DNA of 63,861 nucleotides, counting the filler, from Hyphochytrium catenoides (Eukaryota; Protista; Hyphochytriomycota): NCBI GenBank assembly GCA_900088475.1. It is 8 parts of 8 records of this genome, joined end to end, with 100 filler letters (N's around TTAATTAATTAA, not from the genome) between each part and the next. Parts side by side here need not be neighbours in the genome. Positions count along the whole stretch, not along the records: positions 12,432 to 42,648 come from FLMG01004442.1; 7 more parts are not named here. One strand, written 5' to 3'. The notes under the pieces are model-generated. The model was not told the DNA's origin and searched no databases. It was given only the letters and a program-made list of their open reading frames with translations. How positions within the stretch are numbered: position 1 is the stretch's first letter; each line of letters starts with the position of its first letter. Below are positions 25,252 to 37,509 of the stretch, piece by piece. The position numbers and the translations under genes are program-made.

Positions 25252-28200
25252 ATGGCGCTGAACCTTCAGGAGTTTGAGATGGCTGTCGTTTGTGCCTTTT
25301 CGATGGCACATACGGAGCCAAAAAGCGACCAGGATCGAGCACTCAAACAACAGGCGACCGCCTTCTGTGAAAAGGTAATATAGGGATAAGAGGGATCTAT
25401 CTGCTGCTCTCCCCTTCCTGAGCTCACGTGGTGCTTTCCGTGTAGGTCAAAACACTTCCTGACGCTTGGAAGCATAATTTCCAACTCTTTACTTCTGCAA
25501 CAGCTTCTGAAGCGAAATTTTATGGTCTTCAAACCCTCCAGGTAGCTGTGTGACGTCCCCAGTACTGTTGCAGCTGTTATGCTGACGACAGGAGGGGCAT
25601 GATTGTAGGAACTGTTGGTGAAAGGAATGGTCTCGGAGATTGATCGGAGCCAGTTGCGCCTGGCGCTGCTCGAATGGCTTCAGACAAAAGGTTTAGAGAT
25701 GCAGACGGTGAGCTCCTCGCCCTTGCCAATCCTTATTCGGTCCCAGGAAACTAACCGGGCCATGTCGTAGCTTCCTGCATTTGTGAAGAATAAGATCGCA
25801 GTAGTCCTGTGCCACCTTATCAAAGTAGACTTTCCTGAACGCTGGTCCACGGCCTTTGGTGATCTTCAGGCGCTTTGTAGTCGATCCACGGATCTGGTAG
25901 ACATGTTCCTTCGAGTGCTAAGGATGATGGAGGACGATATTGTAGCTTTCAACGAACAGGTTAGTTTTAGTGAGCTGTCACTGCGAATGGCTAAGGTCAA
26001 TCATCCTCATCTCAGCGTTTGTCTTGCAGCGTGGGGCCGCAGAGATACAGCACAATACCCTGATAAAGGATACGATGCGGTCAACTAGCACGATGGCCGA
26101 TATATTTGAACTCTTTTTCAACGTACTAGTCTCTTACCGGAGCTCTAGACAGGAACTTTGCACTCTCTGTCTAGAGACTATGCAGGTAAAATATCTCAAA
26201 CCCAGCGTGTTGGAGGCATCGCAAATTCTGAGCTTCTGCTTTCTGTTAGTCTTTTATTGGTTGGGCCGATGTTGGGCTTATTGCCAACGACCGCTTCATC
26301 CCTCTCCTCTTTACCTTGCTGGCGGATGGAGATCTCAGAGAAGACGCTTGCTCCTGCCTCGAAGAGCTGGTCAGCAAGGGAATGGAGGAGCAGAAAAAGT
26401 TTGAGCTGCTCCGTCAACTGAACATACTTGAGGTCTGTGTTTTGCTCTCTTCCTGTTTATACATTCTATTTAGCTCTTGTGATTCGACGTCATGGCAATG
26501 TCTTACAGGTGCTTCGAGGACTAAGAATTGATGACGTTGACTTCGCCGAAAGTGTGGGAGGACTGGTGAATATTATTGGGTTGGAACTAATCCAGTGTGC
26601 GGAGGCCTTTGAGCCCGATGGAGAGAAGAGCGAGCTAGCCGCAAAGGCGACAGAGATGCTAAAGGTGTGCAGGAGCCAAAAACCGTACTACTCGCTCTTT
26701 CATTAAATGTTTACTCTCGTGACAGGAAGCACTTCCGCTTATCTTCACCCTCTTTGGTCATGAGGAGATCGGCGTCAGCAGCGAACTCTTTGGCACGGTG
26801 AATTCTCTCATTAACGATATGAAGCGGCAGAAAGGTCATCCATTAAAGAGCTACTCCCTGGATTTCTCAGATATCATTGAAAAGATCTTTGGGATTCTAC
26901 TTCAGAGAATCCGGTAAGCCCAGAGCCATACTTGTGATGCAACGGATGGGGGAGTGACCATGCTTGGATCGCTAGGTATCCAGAAGGGTTTGACTACGAG
27001 GCAGTTAACAGCGAGGAACATGCAGCTAGAGAAGAGTACCGTTCTGCGCTCCGTAAAGTGTTCGTGAACACGACAAGGTAAGTTCTCTTTGTCGACTAGC
27101 GTACGGCATAGCAGTCACTCACAGCATCTGCGTAGAATCTATCCAGAGAAGATACTGTCACTAATTTGCGCGACTATGGGAGACGTGCTACCTCGATTCC
27201 GGAGCATCGGGCCTCCTGACCAAGAGGCAGCCTTGTACTTTGTCCATCACTTCGGTGAGGGACTCACCACAGCCAACCTACAGTCCCTTGTCCGCGAAGG
27301 GCCTTTCCCTGAGTTAATTAGCGCTATACATCAGTGTATACTGGGGTCTGGGCCTGCCCTTCATCACAGTGTTTTGCTCGTCTACCACGATATAACAGTT
27401 AGGTACGGGGCTTATCTAAACTTGATGCTGGGCTTCCAAGTGGATTCTCACTCGTGACTTTAGGTACTCGAAAGTTTTGAAGAGTGCTCCCGGACTAATT
27501 CCTGCAGTGCTAGAGGGAATGTTCGGGCCCCTGGGACTCTCGAATCACAATACGACAGTGCGCAGCCGCGTTTGCTATTTGCTTACTCGGCTCTGTAAGC
27601 AGCTGGGAGGAGATATCCAGCCCTTTGCGGAGAGCGTCCTCCGAGGAATTGAACCGCAGCTGGTCGTTCCTCAAGTCACTCAGAAGAATGTTTTGCTGAC
27701 TTTCGAGGACCAGCTCTATCTGTTTGAGCTAGCGGGACAGATGATAGGTAGACCCCTGCATCGATTACTGTTGTCGCCTCAGTGCTTTCATCTCACATTC
27801 TCTAACGCGTCGCCTTCCGCGGTTTACAGCTATCAATCCGTCTGACAGCGTCCAGCTTCAATATCTTCAAATAGTTCTGGGCCGGCTGGCAGAGAATCTA
27901 GATGCCGCATTGCACCACCCTGCGCTGAACACAGACCCAGAAGCCATTGGACTCTGGATGTCCAGAATTATAGCTGCAATGGGGCACGTTAGCAAGGCGT
28001 TTAAGAGCGTTCCAGAAGGGCTGTGTCCAATATTTATTGGGGTGGTGGAGAAGGCTGTCATGGCCCATGCCGCCTTACCAACTCATGACGCAATGCGCTC
28101 CAAGGTATGACCGAGCCCGGTAGGGACTTGGGACTGCACATGGTCTGACATTATGCCTTTAGATAGTCTTTTCTTTTTTCACTAAACGATAGCGATTCTT

Positions 28201-29335
28201 CACATGGTCTGACCCTTTGCACTTTAGATACTCTTTTTTTTCCACAGAATGATAGGAATTCTCGGCGCCAAGTTTATCCCATTTGCTCAAGTGCCTGTAG
28301 TTAATCTGCTTACTCACATGAGGCCCAACAATGCCCTAGAGATCTTTCATTTGATCAACCAGCTTGTAATCACGTACAAGGTAGATCACAATCTAACCGT
28401 CTGATGACGGTATCCATCAAGATGCTTAACACAAAGTATAGTCGCAGGTCTTCGCCATCGTTGATGGTATCTTCTTGCCATTGGTACAGAAGGTCGCAGA
28501 TATTAGTCAGCTAGGCGCTTCAGCTCTGCACGAGGCGCAGGTAGAGGCCAGAACTGAAGAGGAAGCAGAGAAGGTGGAAGTACAGCGGACCTTCTACCTG
28601 TTCCTCTATCATCTCTGTTCTAATGATTTATCGCCCCTCTTGGTTAGCCCAAGTAAGTGCCAACATCGCAGGTCTTGTTGATCCCTGCTTATGACTTATG
28701 TTGGCCCTCTAAAAACTCTCTAGCAAATTGGCCTAACTTCGGTCCTATTTTGAGTCTATTGGCCTATGGCTGTAAGGATGTGCCAGATCTTCAGGTGGGT
28801 AACACCAGTTCTTGGCCGGAACCTTTGTGCTAAATTATTCCCTCCGCCCTTGTTCTAGGCTAATAAAACCTGCTTCACGATTGCAAGAAGCATTCTTGAA
28901 GCTTGGTTCAAGCCCGGTGATGCTCTCCAGGCGGCTGCTGTGACGGTTTCTGAACAAGCGAAGACTGCTTATGCGCAATTTGTCTATCAGGAGGCGACAC
29001 CAGCGGTCTTTTTATGCCTTCGCAGGAAGCATTTCGACGTCAATGACATCCAAGCTATAGGTGTAAGTGCTCTATACCTCGGCACTGGTTCTCAGCCCAC
29101 GATTGATGAATCACATTGCTTCTCCCAGTGTATGAAGGAGATGTCCCTGCTATTGAAGCGGAGCTCTAACATCTTTGGCTCTGAGTATGTTCGGTACCTC
29201 TCGGAGATCTGCTCGTCAGCAGCTGGATGCCCTCCCAATGTGGCATCTACCTTTGCGGCGAGGGTGCAGCAAGCCGTAGACAAGGATCTCATGCTTGCAA
29301 TGAAAGAGCTGGCGAAGGGGCTAACAAAGTCATAG
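25252..29335 (+). CDS. XPOT: Exportin-T (tRNA exportin, Los1/PAUSED)
   Basis: MALNLQEFEMAV..ALKQQATAFCEK, FVKNKIAVV..DFPERWSTAF, HNTLIKDTMR, VRSRVCYLLTRLCK, FEDQLYLFELAG and RSK|ILFFFHRMI. About 20 short GT-AG introns. Confidence 0.88.
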
Positions 29336-29649
29336 ACAGCTTGCGTTATGACATCTTAACTTATTTCTGCTTTCAACTTTAATTTAAATAGAGTGGACTA
29401 GTTGGGGGAAGCATTCGTCCTGCTGAGCCACGTCTGATAAAGTCGCTACCTAAGGGCCCCTGTTAGCCATCAAGTTTTAGAGGACGCCTGTCGCCTAGAA
29501 AGGAACGGGTCGTCCTCAATATAATGCTGATAAATAAATAACGCCTTTGTCACTCCTGCTATAGATGAGACTCCACGTCAAGAAGAGTACAGGCCCTCCG
29601 TTGGTTAGAGCAAGGCAGAAGGTAAGTAGAAAGATTGAAGGCTAGACTG

Positions 29650-30187
29650 CTATCTATAGCGAGAGGTGGCCAGTGAGACCAAGTAGGGAGAGCACTGGAG
29701 GATATCAAACCTCCAACTGCCGGAGGGGATTGATTCGCAATGGAAGGAGACTGCTACCCAAAATGCTGTCACTGCCCTAGTAAGTAAGTGTAAGATCACC
29801 CGCAAGTGGAAAGCTTCCAAGGGACTTCGTATGGGGCTAACCTGCTAGTAAGTCGGACAATGCCGAGATGCCGGGCACTATCAAAACTGAGTACGTCAGG
29901 GTTGTGGACAGCCGAGCCGAGCTCTCCAGTCAAAGACTTCTGTGCGTTCACCAGGAGTTGCTTAAACTGCTTTACATCCATCTTAGTCTCCTTTACCTGA
30001 TTGGACGATGATTCTCCTGAGGACCAGAACGAGCTATGAAGGAGGGCGAAATGAGCCAGTGTCTTCTTCTTCTCAGTCTATAAACAGCTTACACTTTGAC
30101 AAGGAGATAGACATGGGTTGGCACGGCGGTCAGCTTCAGCGAGAGACCACTCGTCCTTTGACCGCGGGGTCTTTTCTCTTTTTTCAT
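29650..30187 (-). CDS. RPP14: RNase P/MRP protein subunit, Rpp14/Pop5 family (3 exons)
   Basis: Spliced translation MKKEKR..HVYLLVKVSFW..FKQLLVNAQKSLTGELGSA..DVLSFD...GIVRLTSRAVTAFWVAVSF..RFDILQCSPYLVSLA. Confidence 0.65.
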
Positions 30188-30539
30188 CCCAGTGTTATCT
30201 GGATAACGTTCAGTTCTCTATAGACCAACAACTCACTTTTCAGGTGCGGGCCTGCGGCCTGGTTCGAGCTCTCCCGATCTCCAGATCTTTTGTTCCCTCA
30301 ATCTCAAGGTGAAGGAGGCACAGCCTTTCTTCCATCATCACCATTGATGAGAAGCGATTGGCGATTGGCATCATCTTCGCCTTTTCTGTGAGTCTCTTTG
30401 GGTATTCGACCCACAAACAGCTCTGCAAACAACGAGGAGAACTGACGTTAACGGCTCTGGGGTAAACTCTTGAAGCTTTTGCCAAGCTGTCCTCGCAGCA
30501 CTTTTAGAAAATAACAGGCCAGCAGCAGGTCAGCAGAAC

Positions 30540-31850
30540 TCGTGCCTGCTTCATTGCTTGCCTCCTTCCTCATGTCTCCCCGCGCGACCTCTTACTGACC
30601 GCTACGCCTGCCTTCTGATGCTGCTGCCTGTTGTCTCCATAGCTCTGCCTCCTGCCTCTTTCTCATCGCCGTCATCATACCTTCCTCCTGCCTCGCTGTC
30701 TCTTGCTCCTGCTGCTGCCTCCTGCTGCTGCCCCGTGTGGCTCCTGTGCTACGGACCCCTGCCTCCTGCCCCTACTGCGCGGCTACCTCTTGTTTCCTAG
30801 GGTTCCTTGTCTCCTAGGGTTTTCTCGTTTTTATTGTGGTGCCTGTATGCCTTCTACTGCTTTGGCTGCCATCTGGTGCAGCCTTCTGCCTCCCAGCTAT
30901 CTCCTGATGTCTCCTGCGTCCCGCTATCTACCGCCTGCCCCTTGCGCCTTGCGCCTGCCAATTAAATATCTCCTGGCTCCCGCCTCCTCTGTCTTCCCAC
31001 AACCTGGCACTGCATTATACATCCTGCCTGCCTCCTCCTACTTGTCGCCTACTGCTGCCACCTCGAAGTTTCACAGTCTCCTGTGTTATCCTGTTCCGTG
31101 TTTCCCCTGCTGCCTCTTGCTGACCGCTTGCTGTCACTTCCTGGTGGTGCTGCGTTCTGCCTCCTGCCTTCCTGTCGCTCGGCTTTACCTTGCCTCCTCC
31201 TACTGCCCCCCGCTTGCTTTGTGTGCCCGCTGCTGCTGTCCCTTCTGCTACGGGCCTTCTCCATTGTGATGTCTTCCGGCTTCGTGCTGCTGCCTTCTGC
31301 CTCCTGTTGCTGTCTTTGCCTCCTGTCCCGTACAACCACACTCTATTGCCTTGCTGCCCCTCCTCCTCTCTTGCTGCGTCCTGCTTCGTTCTGCTGTTGC
31401 ATTTTCGTACTACTCCTGCTGCCTCGCTGATGTCTCTGACTTCATGCATGAGCTTGTACCGCCTCCTGCCTCCTACTGCCTCCAGGTTGCAGCCTCCTGC
31501 TTGCTGCCCCTGCCTGTCGCTCCATCTCTCCTCCTGCTGCCCCTGGCCTGTCGCTCCATCTCCCCTCCTGCTGCCCCTGGCCTGTCGCTCCATCTCCCCT
31601 GCCTCCTGCCCCTGGCATGTCGCTCCATCTCTCTTGCCGCCTGCCTCCAACTGTGGCCTTCATTTTTGCCTTCTTTTACCTCCTGCTAACGCCAGATCGC
31701 TGTTGTTTCGACCTGGCTCCTGCATAATTCTGTTTTGGTCTTCTGGCTGCTCCTTTTGCTTCATCTTGGCTCTTGTTACAATGATGGTGGCCGCCCCCTG
31801 CTGCCTCTGCTACTATAACTGTACCTCTCTCCTGTTGCTGGTTATAAATG
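30540..31850. repeat. Degenerate CTGCCT/CCTGCT-rich low-complexity array including a ~34-bp minisatellite (31512-31632, ~3.5 copies)
   Basis: Recurrent ctgcctcctgc. The unit gcctgtcgctccatctc(t/c)cctcctgctgcccctg starts at 31512, 31546, 31580 and 31615. Confidence 0.8.
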
Positions 31851-32829
31851 GTCCCCTCAGCTTCCCTTTCTCTGCTTGCTTTACAAACCCTAGCCTTTTT
31901 TGCCGTCGTAACTGGCCGTCCTCATTACAATCTCTTAACTCTCCTCCCGTCTCACGCTGCTGGGGCATCATACATAAATGGTAAACCATTGTCCCTCCCC
32001 CCTCCTAACTCAGTGTGTCTCTTTCACTCTAGGCAGGCCCTCCCTCTCTTTCTCTGTCTCTTTTGTGCTCTTTGGCTTGTCGAAGTTCACCCATGCTTTC
32101 CTGTTTTCCCGCCAGCTTTTCCTCCTAGTGGTCACTTCCTCTTGTTGCCCTGAGTTTACCTTACTTCCTCTGTCTTCCTCTTTTCGCTCTCATTCACACG
32201 ATATCCTTTCTTTCCTAGACATGCTCTTTCTATCCTCTTATCCGATGTACACGGCGAGCCTCCAATAGCTAGCCCGGCTACTCTTGTCTCTCATTGCCCT
32301 CAGATTTGTCCTGGTGTAACATGAAGGTAGCTTCTTCTGATCTTCTTGCTTGTGTTCTTCTCTGTTTCTTTCTCCCTACGGCTACTTTTGACCACTTCTT
32401 CCTAGATTTCGAGCTTTATAGCGCCCGCCCATCGCTCCCTTGACTTTATGTCTGTCTCTCTCTTCATGGACGTTCATCTGTCCTTAGAATCGCCTTAATT
32501 CATAGGTGGCGGCCCACGCTTTATCTTGTCGCCGCTTATGAGTTAGTAGTTGCCTGAAAAGGCAAGGGTAACAAGAAAGAAGTAAGCATGAAAAAGAAGG
32601 AGAACAAGCAATAGCTACGAAGTCTTCGTCTGTTTCAACTCCCCCGTCCACCATCGACAAGATAATCAAAAAATGAGCCACAGTAGTTGACTTTCTCAGC
32701 AATAACAATAGGAGAGAGACGAGGGGAAGAAAGGGCACACAAAGCCATTATCACCCTCGAGTAGGCCAGCAAGAGGAAGAGTCCAACTATTGAAGAGAAT
32801 CGCTTCAAATATCAGCGCATTTCTTCTGG

Positions 32830-34150
32830 CACACAGTGGCTAACCTCTAACCTGTCACTGACCGCTTAGCATTGGGGTTAACCACCTCAGCTTGCTTCTG
32901 GTGCGGCACTTAGTGCTGAACGCCTCAGCAGACCATCTATGTTGGTCCTGGTTAGGATTAGGATCAAACATCAGTACTGGTACGTAGTAGTAGGCTGGCC
33001 TAAACCTGGAACCGACTGGCACCTATACCGCCAATAGGTTGAGGCTGGCATCATGGTTGAGGCTGGCATCTATGCTGACAGACAGGCGGGGGCTGCTTAA
33101 GGACTATGGTCAATCATCAACAATGCTTAGCCTGGGAAGAAGCTACCGCGCTAAATAAACTGCCACTGGGACTGACACCTAGGCTGATATCTCGGCAGGC
33201 AGTTAGATTATCCACTAAGCTGATAACAAACCAGGGTGGAACCTACGTTTGCTATAGGTAGGCTGACAACAAACAGGCTAGAACCTACGCGGGCAAGCAC
33301 CTAGGGGTTGACAGGCAAATTTGCGCTAATAAAAGGGAGAATCACCAATAATGCTGGTAGCTATCAGGTTGGCCTAGAGGGCGGCCCTAACAATAGACTG
33401 GCACCTACAATGACGACTACCTAGGCAGCCACCTACCCTGGCTTGCACCGAAGAAGGACCATTCAAGCTGCACCTACTTGACTGGCCGGGTTCTAAGCTA
33501 CTGGACACCTTGGGGTGGTATTTAGCAGGCGACTACGGCGGCTTGCACCAAACCATGCACTAAGCGGCCTCCTAGGCTGGTACCTATTTACGCTGATATC
33601 GAGACTGATGAGACGTAGGGCTGCAAGTTAGGCTGACACTTACTAAGGCTGACAGCAAGACTGGCATCAAATCCAACTCCAAGGCGTACCTAGCTTTACA
33701 CCTACGATGGCGTTTTCCCGCCTAGCTGCCATCCACGGCTGACAACTCTAAGCTGCTGACACTTACGGCTGGCACCTAGCCTCTTACGTCGTAGGCTGGT
33801 ATCTAAGCTGGTACCTAGTCGCACCTTCGCGTGGCCACCCTGAGTGGCGCTAAGGAAGAGGAGACCTATGGCACCTAGGCCCGCACGTAAGAGTTTGTAC
33901 CTAATCTGGCGCCGCAAGCAGGCTAGTAGTACCTCGAAAATTTACCCAGGTCAGCACGTGCTGCGCACGTACGGTGGCATGTAAGTCCGACGCCAAGGCT
34001 GATACCTCAACCGGCGGCATGAAGGCTTGCATCAAGGCTGGCACCTACTAGTAGGTTGGTCCCTGGCAAGCTGACGCCTACGCCCGCAAGCAGGCTAGCC
34101 ACACACCGAAGGCAGCTATCTAGGATGTCATATGAGGTTGTCACGTACAA
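32830..34150. repeat. Degenerate ~12-bp satellite (consensus ~GGCTGGCACCTA), left block
   Basis: Many variants: ctggcaccta, gctgacacctag, ggctggtatcta, ggctggcatc. Confidence 0.75.
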
Positions 34151-35320
34151 TACTCAGGAGGCCGTCCGCGTAAGGATCGTGGGCGCTTTTCCAACGGGCC
34201 TATGTTAGGCTTATACTGTATTAAGGGCTGTACTGACCGCCCAAGAATGTGGGCGCCGGACTTTTCTATGGGGTTTCACTGTATATGAGGTAGTCCATAC
34301 ATATGTACTGTGGACGGTGAACAGGGTTAATGTTAGGCTTAGTTTGGCGCCCACTTATGCCACTTCCTCCCTAAGATAATGTTCTGCACCTATGTGGGCG
34401 CCGAACTAATCCTGTCTTTTGTTTTGAGTCACATGTCCCAGGTGAATAAGTATGGCCTAACGCTCTGACCTATATAGGTAGCTGGGTTAATAATAACGCT
34501 ACTGCTCTCTTGGATTGCTGCTAACCTATTATCCAGGTTCCGGCTGGCCCACCACTTCAGTATCTTTCTGTGATTTGTGGGTTTGTGGGTTTGGCCCATG
34601 GTCCATTTGAGGTCATAGCGTTTTATGAAAGAACGAGATCATCTGCATCTGCATCATCAGTGCTGGTTCGCCTCTGGCTGCTGGCAACAACAAGAGGCAG
34701 AGCAACTGGCGGAGGACGAGCTGCAGGAGGCGCGGGAGCCATTGCCAAAATTCTATATCAGATAATGAGAAGATGGGACTTAAGAAAGGCAGCAGCAACA
34801 ATAGTACCAAGACGAAGAATTATTATCAGCATCATGGTGGAACGAGAAAGTTGAGCTAGCTCAAGCAAAGAGGCAGTCAGCAAGAGAAAGCAAAGAGAGG
34901 CTTCGAGGGAAAAGGCAAAAGAACAGCACCAGATCTCTAATAGATTTAGGGAGGAACGGAAGGATAATGACTCAAGGGAGATTGACGGTGGCTCAAAGAG
35001 AAAAAACAATGGTGCTGGTGGTGGTAGCGCTGCCGCATACCCCTTGTTCTGCTCTCCGCTCTCCACTTCTATACCTGCTGGCGACACAGAGGAGAAGATA
35101 TCTGGGGCTGCAGAGGCTCAGGCTACAGCTGCCCATGATGCCTCCAACACCAAAGAGAAGACCACAACGAAAAGCCTCAGGGTGCAACCTCTGATGTCCA
35201 CCTTCTTCAAAGCCGTAGTAGTAGGGGCAGCGATAATCCCTCCTGCTTCATTTCATGGTATGAATAGGACCCACAGGATCATACACAAACTACCAAACCA
35301 AACTAGCTTTTCTTAAGCAG

Positions 35321-36198
35321 TTCTCTACTGCCACTATTGTCCTTCTCTGGACGGGGCGCAACCACTATGATGTGCTTCTAAGCCAAGAGGATCTCGCCAG
35401 GGAGTGTGCGGCACCCTCCTCTCTACTACCCAGGCTTGGCAGGGACAAGGCGTGCTTCCCGCATGTCCCTGCAGAGCTACTCTTTGGGCCAGTTAAGCGA
35501 GTTCGGCACCTTTGTCCAGCAGACGGTCGTTGTCTCTTCGTCGCGTTTCTTAGAGGTATGCGGTGGTCCAGTGACCACCACCCGTTAGACGCCTGTCTAT
35601 CTTACAACGATCTTCTCCTAGACCTGAAAGCCTATGCTGAAAGTAACCAGAACGCGCTATTGAGGTTCTTTAGGGACAAAATTGTTGACGCTACTATGCT
35701 AGAGTTGGGTTGACAAAGGAAGAGACCTTCAAGACCAGGATATCGGCCATCTTTGACGAGATGGAAAGTTTCTACCATACGCCTGTTGGTGACCTCATGC
35801 CGAATATCCTTGCTGCATCATGTTATGGAGTATGCTTGAAAATCTACAACCGTATGCCGGGTCAACCCTCTCCACTCGTTGTCGACATCGATGGTTCAGC
35901 ATTGTCTAGCTACGGTTGCCAGGCTCAAAGCAGCAAGACAAGGATTGGTGATGCCTTTCGTGGGTCAGTCCTTCCAGCGATCGTTGTGCTGCTAAGGGCT
36001 AAAGATCATGACGATTCAACGATGATATCAATTGGCCACCTTAATGACACTGAAAGAGCTGGGCCCTCGCTGGGCACTTGCCTACTGTGTCAAGAAGACG
36101 TTAGGTTTGTGGACAGCACTGCAACGCCAAATACAATGAAGGGAGGAGGTAGGTGCTGGACCTCGTCATGCCCAACAATCCTGCCCCCATCTATCTGA
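35321..36198 (+). pseudogene. Decayed OTU-like cysteine protease cargo (His box of one domain plus a second, frameshifted domain)
   Basis: IVLLWTGRNHYDVL, then CPADGRCLFVAF (Cys box), GDLMPNILAA and VLLRAKDHDDS. Frameshift at ~35710. Confidence 0.65.
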
Positions 36199-36654
36199 CA
36201 ACTCTATCTCCTCCCTGGAGCAGGCAGGCAGAAGAAGCAATCCATCATCGCATCTTTCCTCCTTCAGCCATCGATGTCCCATGAGGAGCAGGCACAAAAA
36301 AACTCTCTTCTTGACAACACTACAAAGACAAGGACGGGGCCTGTAGTGACGACGGATGTAAAAGAAGAGATTCAATCAGGGACTGCTGCTACCAACGAAG
36401 ATCCCACGTACCCTCCGCAGAAGGTGCAACGAAGGGCGAGTGGGGATCATGGGAATTATGGAGACGCAAGGGCAAAGAAACGGCAACCAAATTTCTCTTT
36501 TTCCCCCCAGAAAGCAACGCCGATATACCTTTCTCTGGAGACTTCTTGGAAGAATAGGTACACATCATCATCTGACGGTGGGCAAATAACTTTAATAGAA
36601 CGAGAGAGAGACACAACAGGAGAGAGAGATGCAGAGAGCCGGAGGAAGAGAGAG

Positions 36655-36694
<40 letters not shown>

Positions 36695-36924
36695 ATATAG
36701 GGGGAGAGAGAGTGAGAGAGAAGAAGAAGAGAGAGAGAGAGAGAGAAGGAAGACGAGGGTAGGGGAAGAGAAAGAGGGAGAGAGGAGACGGGAGGAGGGA
36801 GGGAGAGAGAGGTTGAGAGAGAGAGAAGAGTTAGGAGAAGGATGGGAAATTGAACTTTCGTAAATCGACATCATCACGACCTTTTCGTTGCATATGTCTT
36901 TTAATCTTCTCTTCTCCATTACCA

Positions 36925-37265
36925 GAGAAATAGCAGAGGAAGAGGGAATGGGCGTCTATGGGGAGCCCTACCGGAAGTTTTCAAGATTTACGTCGCAGCA
37001 GCTGAGCTTCTTGGAAAAGATGTTCAACCTCCACCTCACGGACCCGAAGCAGAATGTGATGTCTCCAGAAGGGACTCACAGAAGGATGCTACTCCGATTC
37101 AATGAGGGCAAAAGCCCATTTGCGAGATAGTTCGTTCTTACGGTGATCCAGATTAGGGCGAATTTTAGCTACCTGGCTAGCACCAGAAAGGCGAAGAAGG
37201 TGAATCCGACCATCCCACACGACGAATCTCTGGAAGAGGGCGGAGAAGATCTGCAAAACCAATGA
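36925..37265 (+). pseudogene. Homeodomain-like/HTH exon with an in-frame TAG (37128-37130)
   Basis: RKFSRFTSQQLSFLEKMFN...SPE....M..RFN...*FVLTVIQIRANFS. Confidence 0.45.
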
Positions 37266-37509
37266 AGAAAATACAGTGTAAAAGGAGACGAGGGTTAAAT
37301 TTTTGACACTTTGATTGGAAGATAGAGAGATCATCTTCTTTACTATTGGTTTTCCAATATTCTACATATATGTAACGTGCTGCAGCTCCCCATGGTTCTA
37401 CAGTACTGTTCTACCTTCAGCTGGAGGTGGATGTCCCACTCCCCAAAGTGGGACAATCGGACGAAATTTTGTATTTTTCGTTGAAACTTACGCGGACGGC
37501 CTCCTAGTT

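Larger units (their letters stand above)
34156..37505 (+). mobile_element. Non-autonomous TIR DNA transposon-like element, 3350 bp
   Basis: AGGAGGCCGTCCGCGTAAG (34156-34174) and its perfect reverse complement (37487-37505). It interrupts the 12-bp satellite, and a second right end lies at 991-1070. No transposase catalytic core was recognised. Confidence 0.85.

Noticed and set aside
30558-31984. Long Cys/Leu/Pro-rich ORFs
   Set aside because: Open in several frames because the CTGCCT repeats lack stops; no domain signal.
31512-34150. CRISPR-like array
   Set aside because: No constant repeat with unique equal-length spacers, eukaryotic context, and no cas genes.
37432-37508. Helitron 3' end (hairpin + CTAG|T), which would fit the OTU cargo
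   Set aside because: The hairpin is ~48 nt from the CTAG, and the end has a perfect inverted partner at 34156, favouring a TIR element. A Helentron-like element is not fully excluded.
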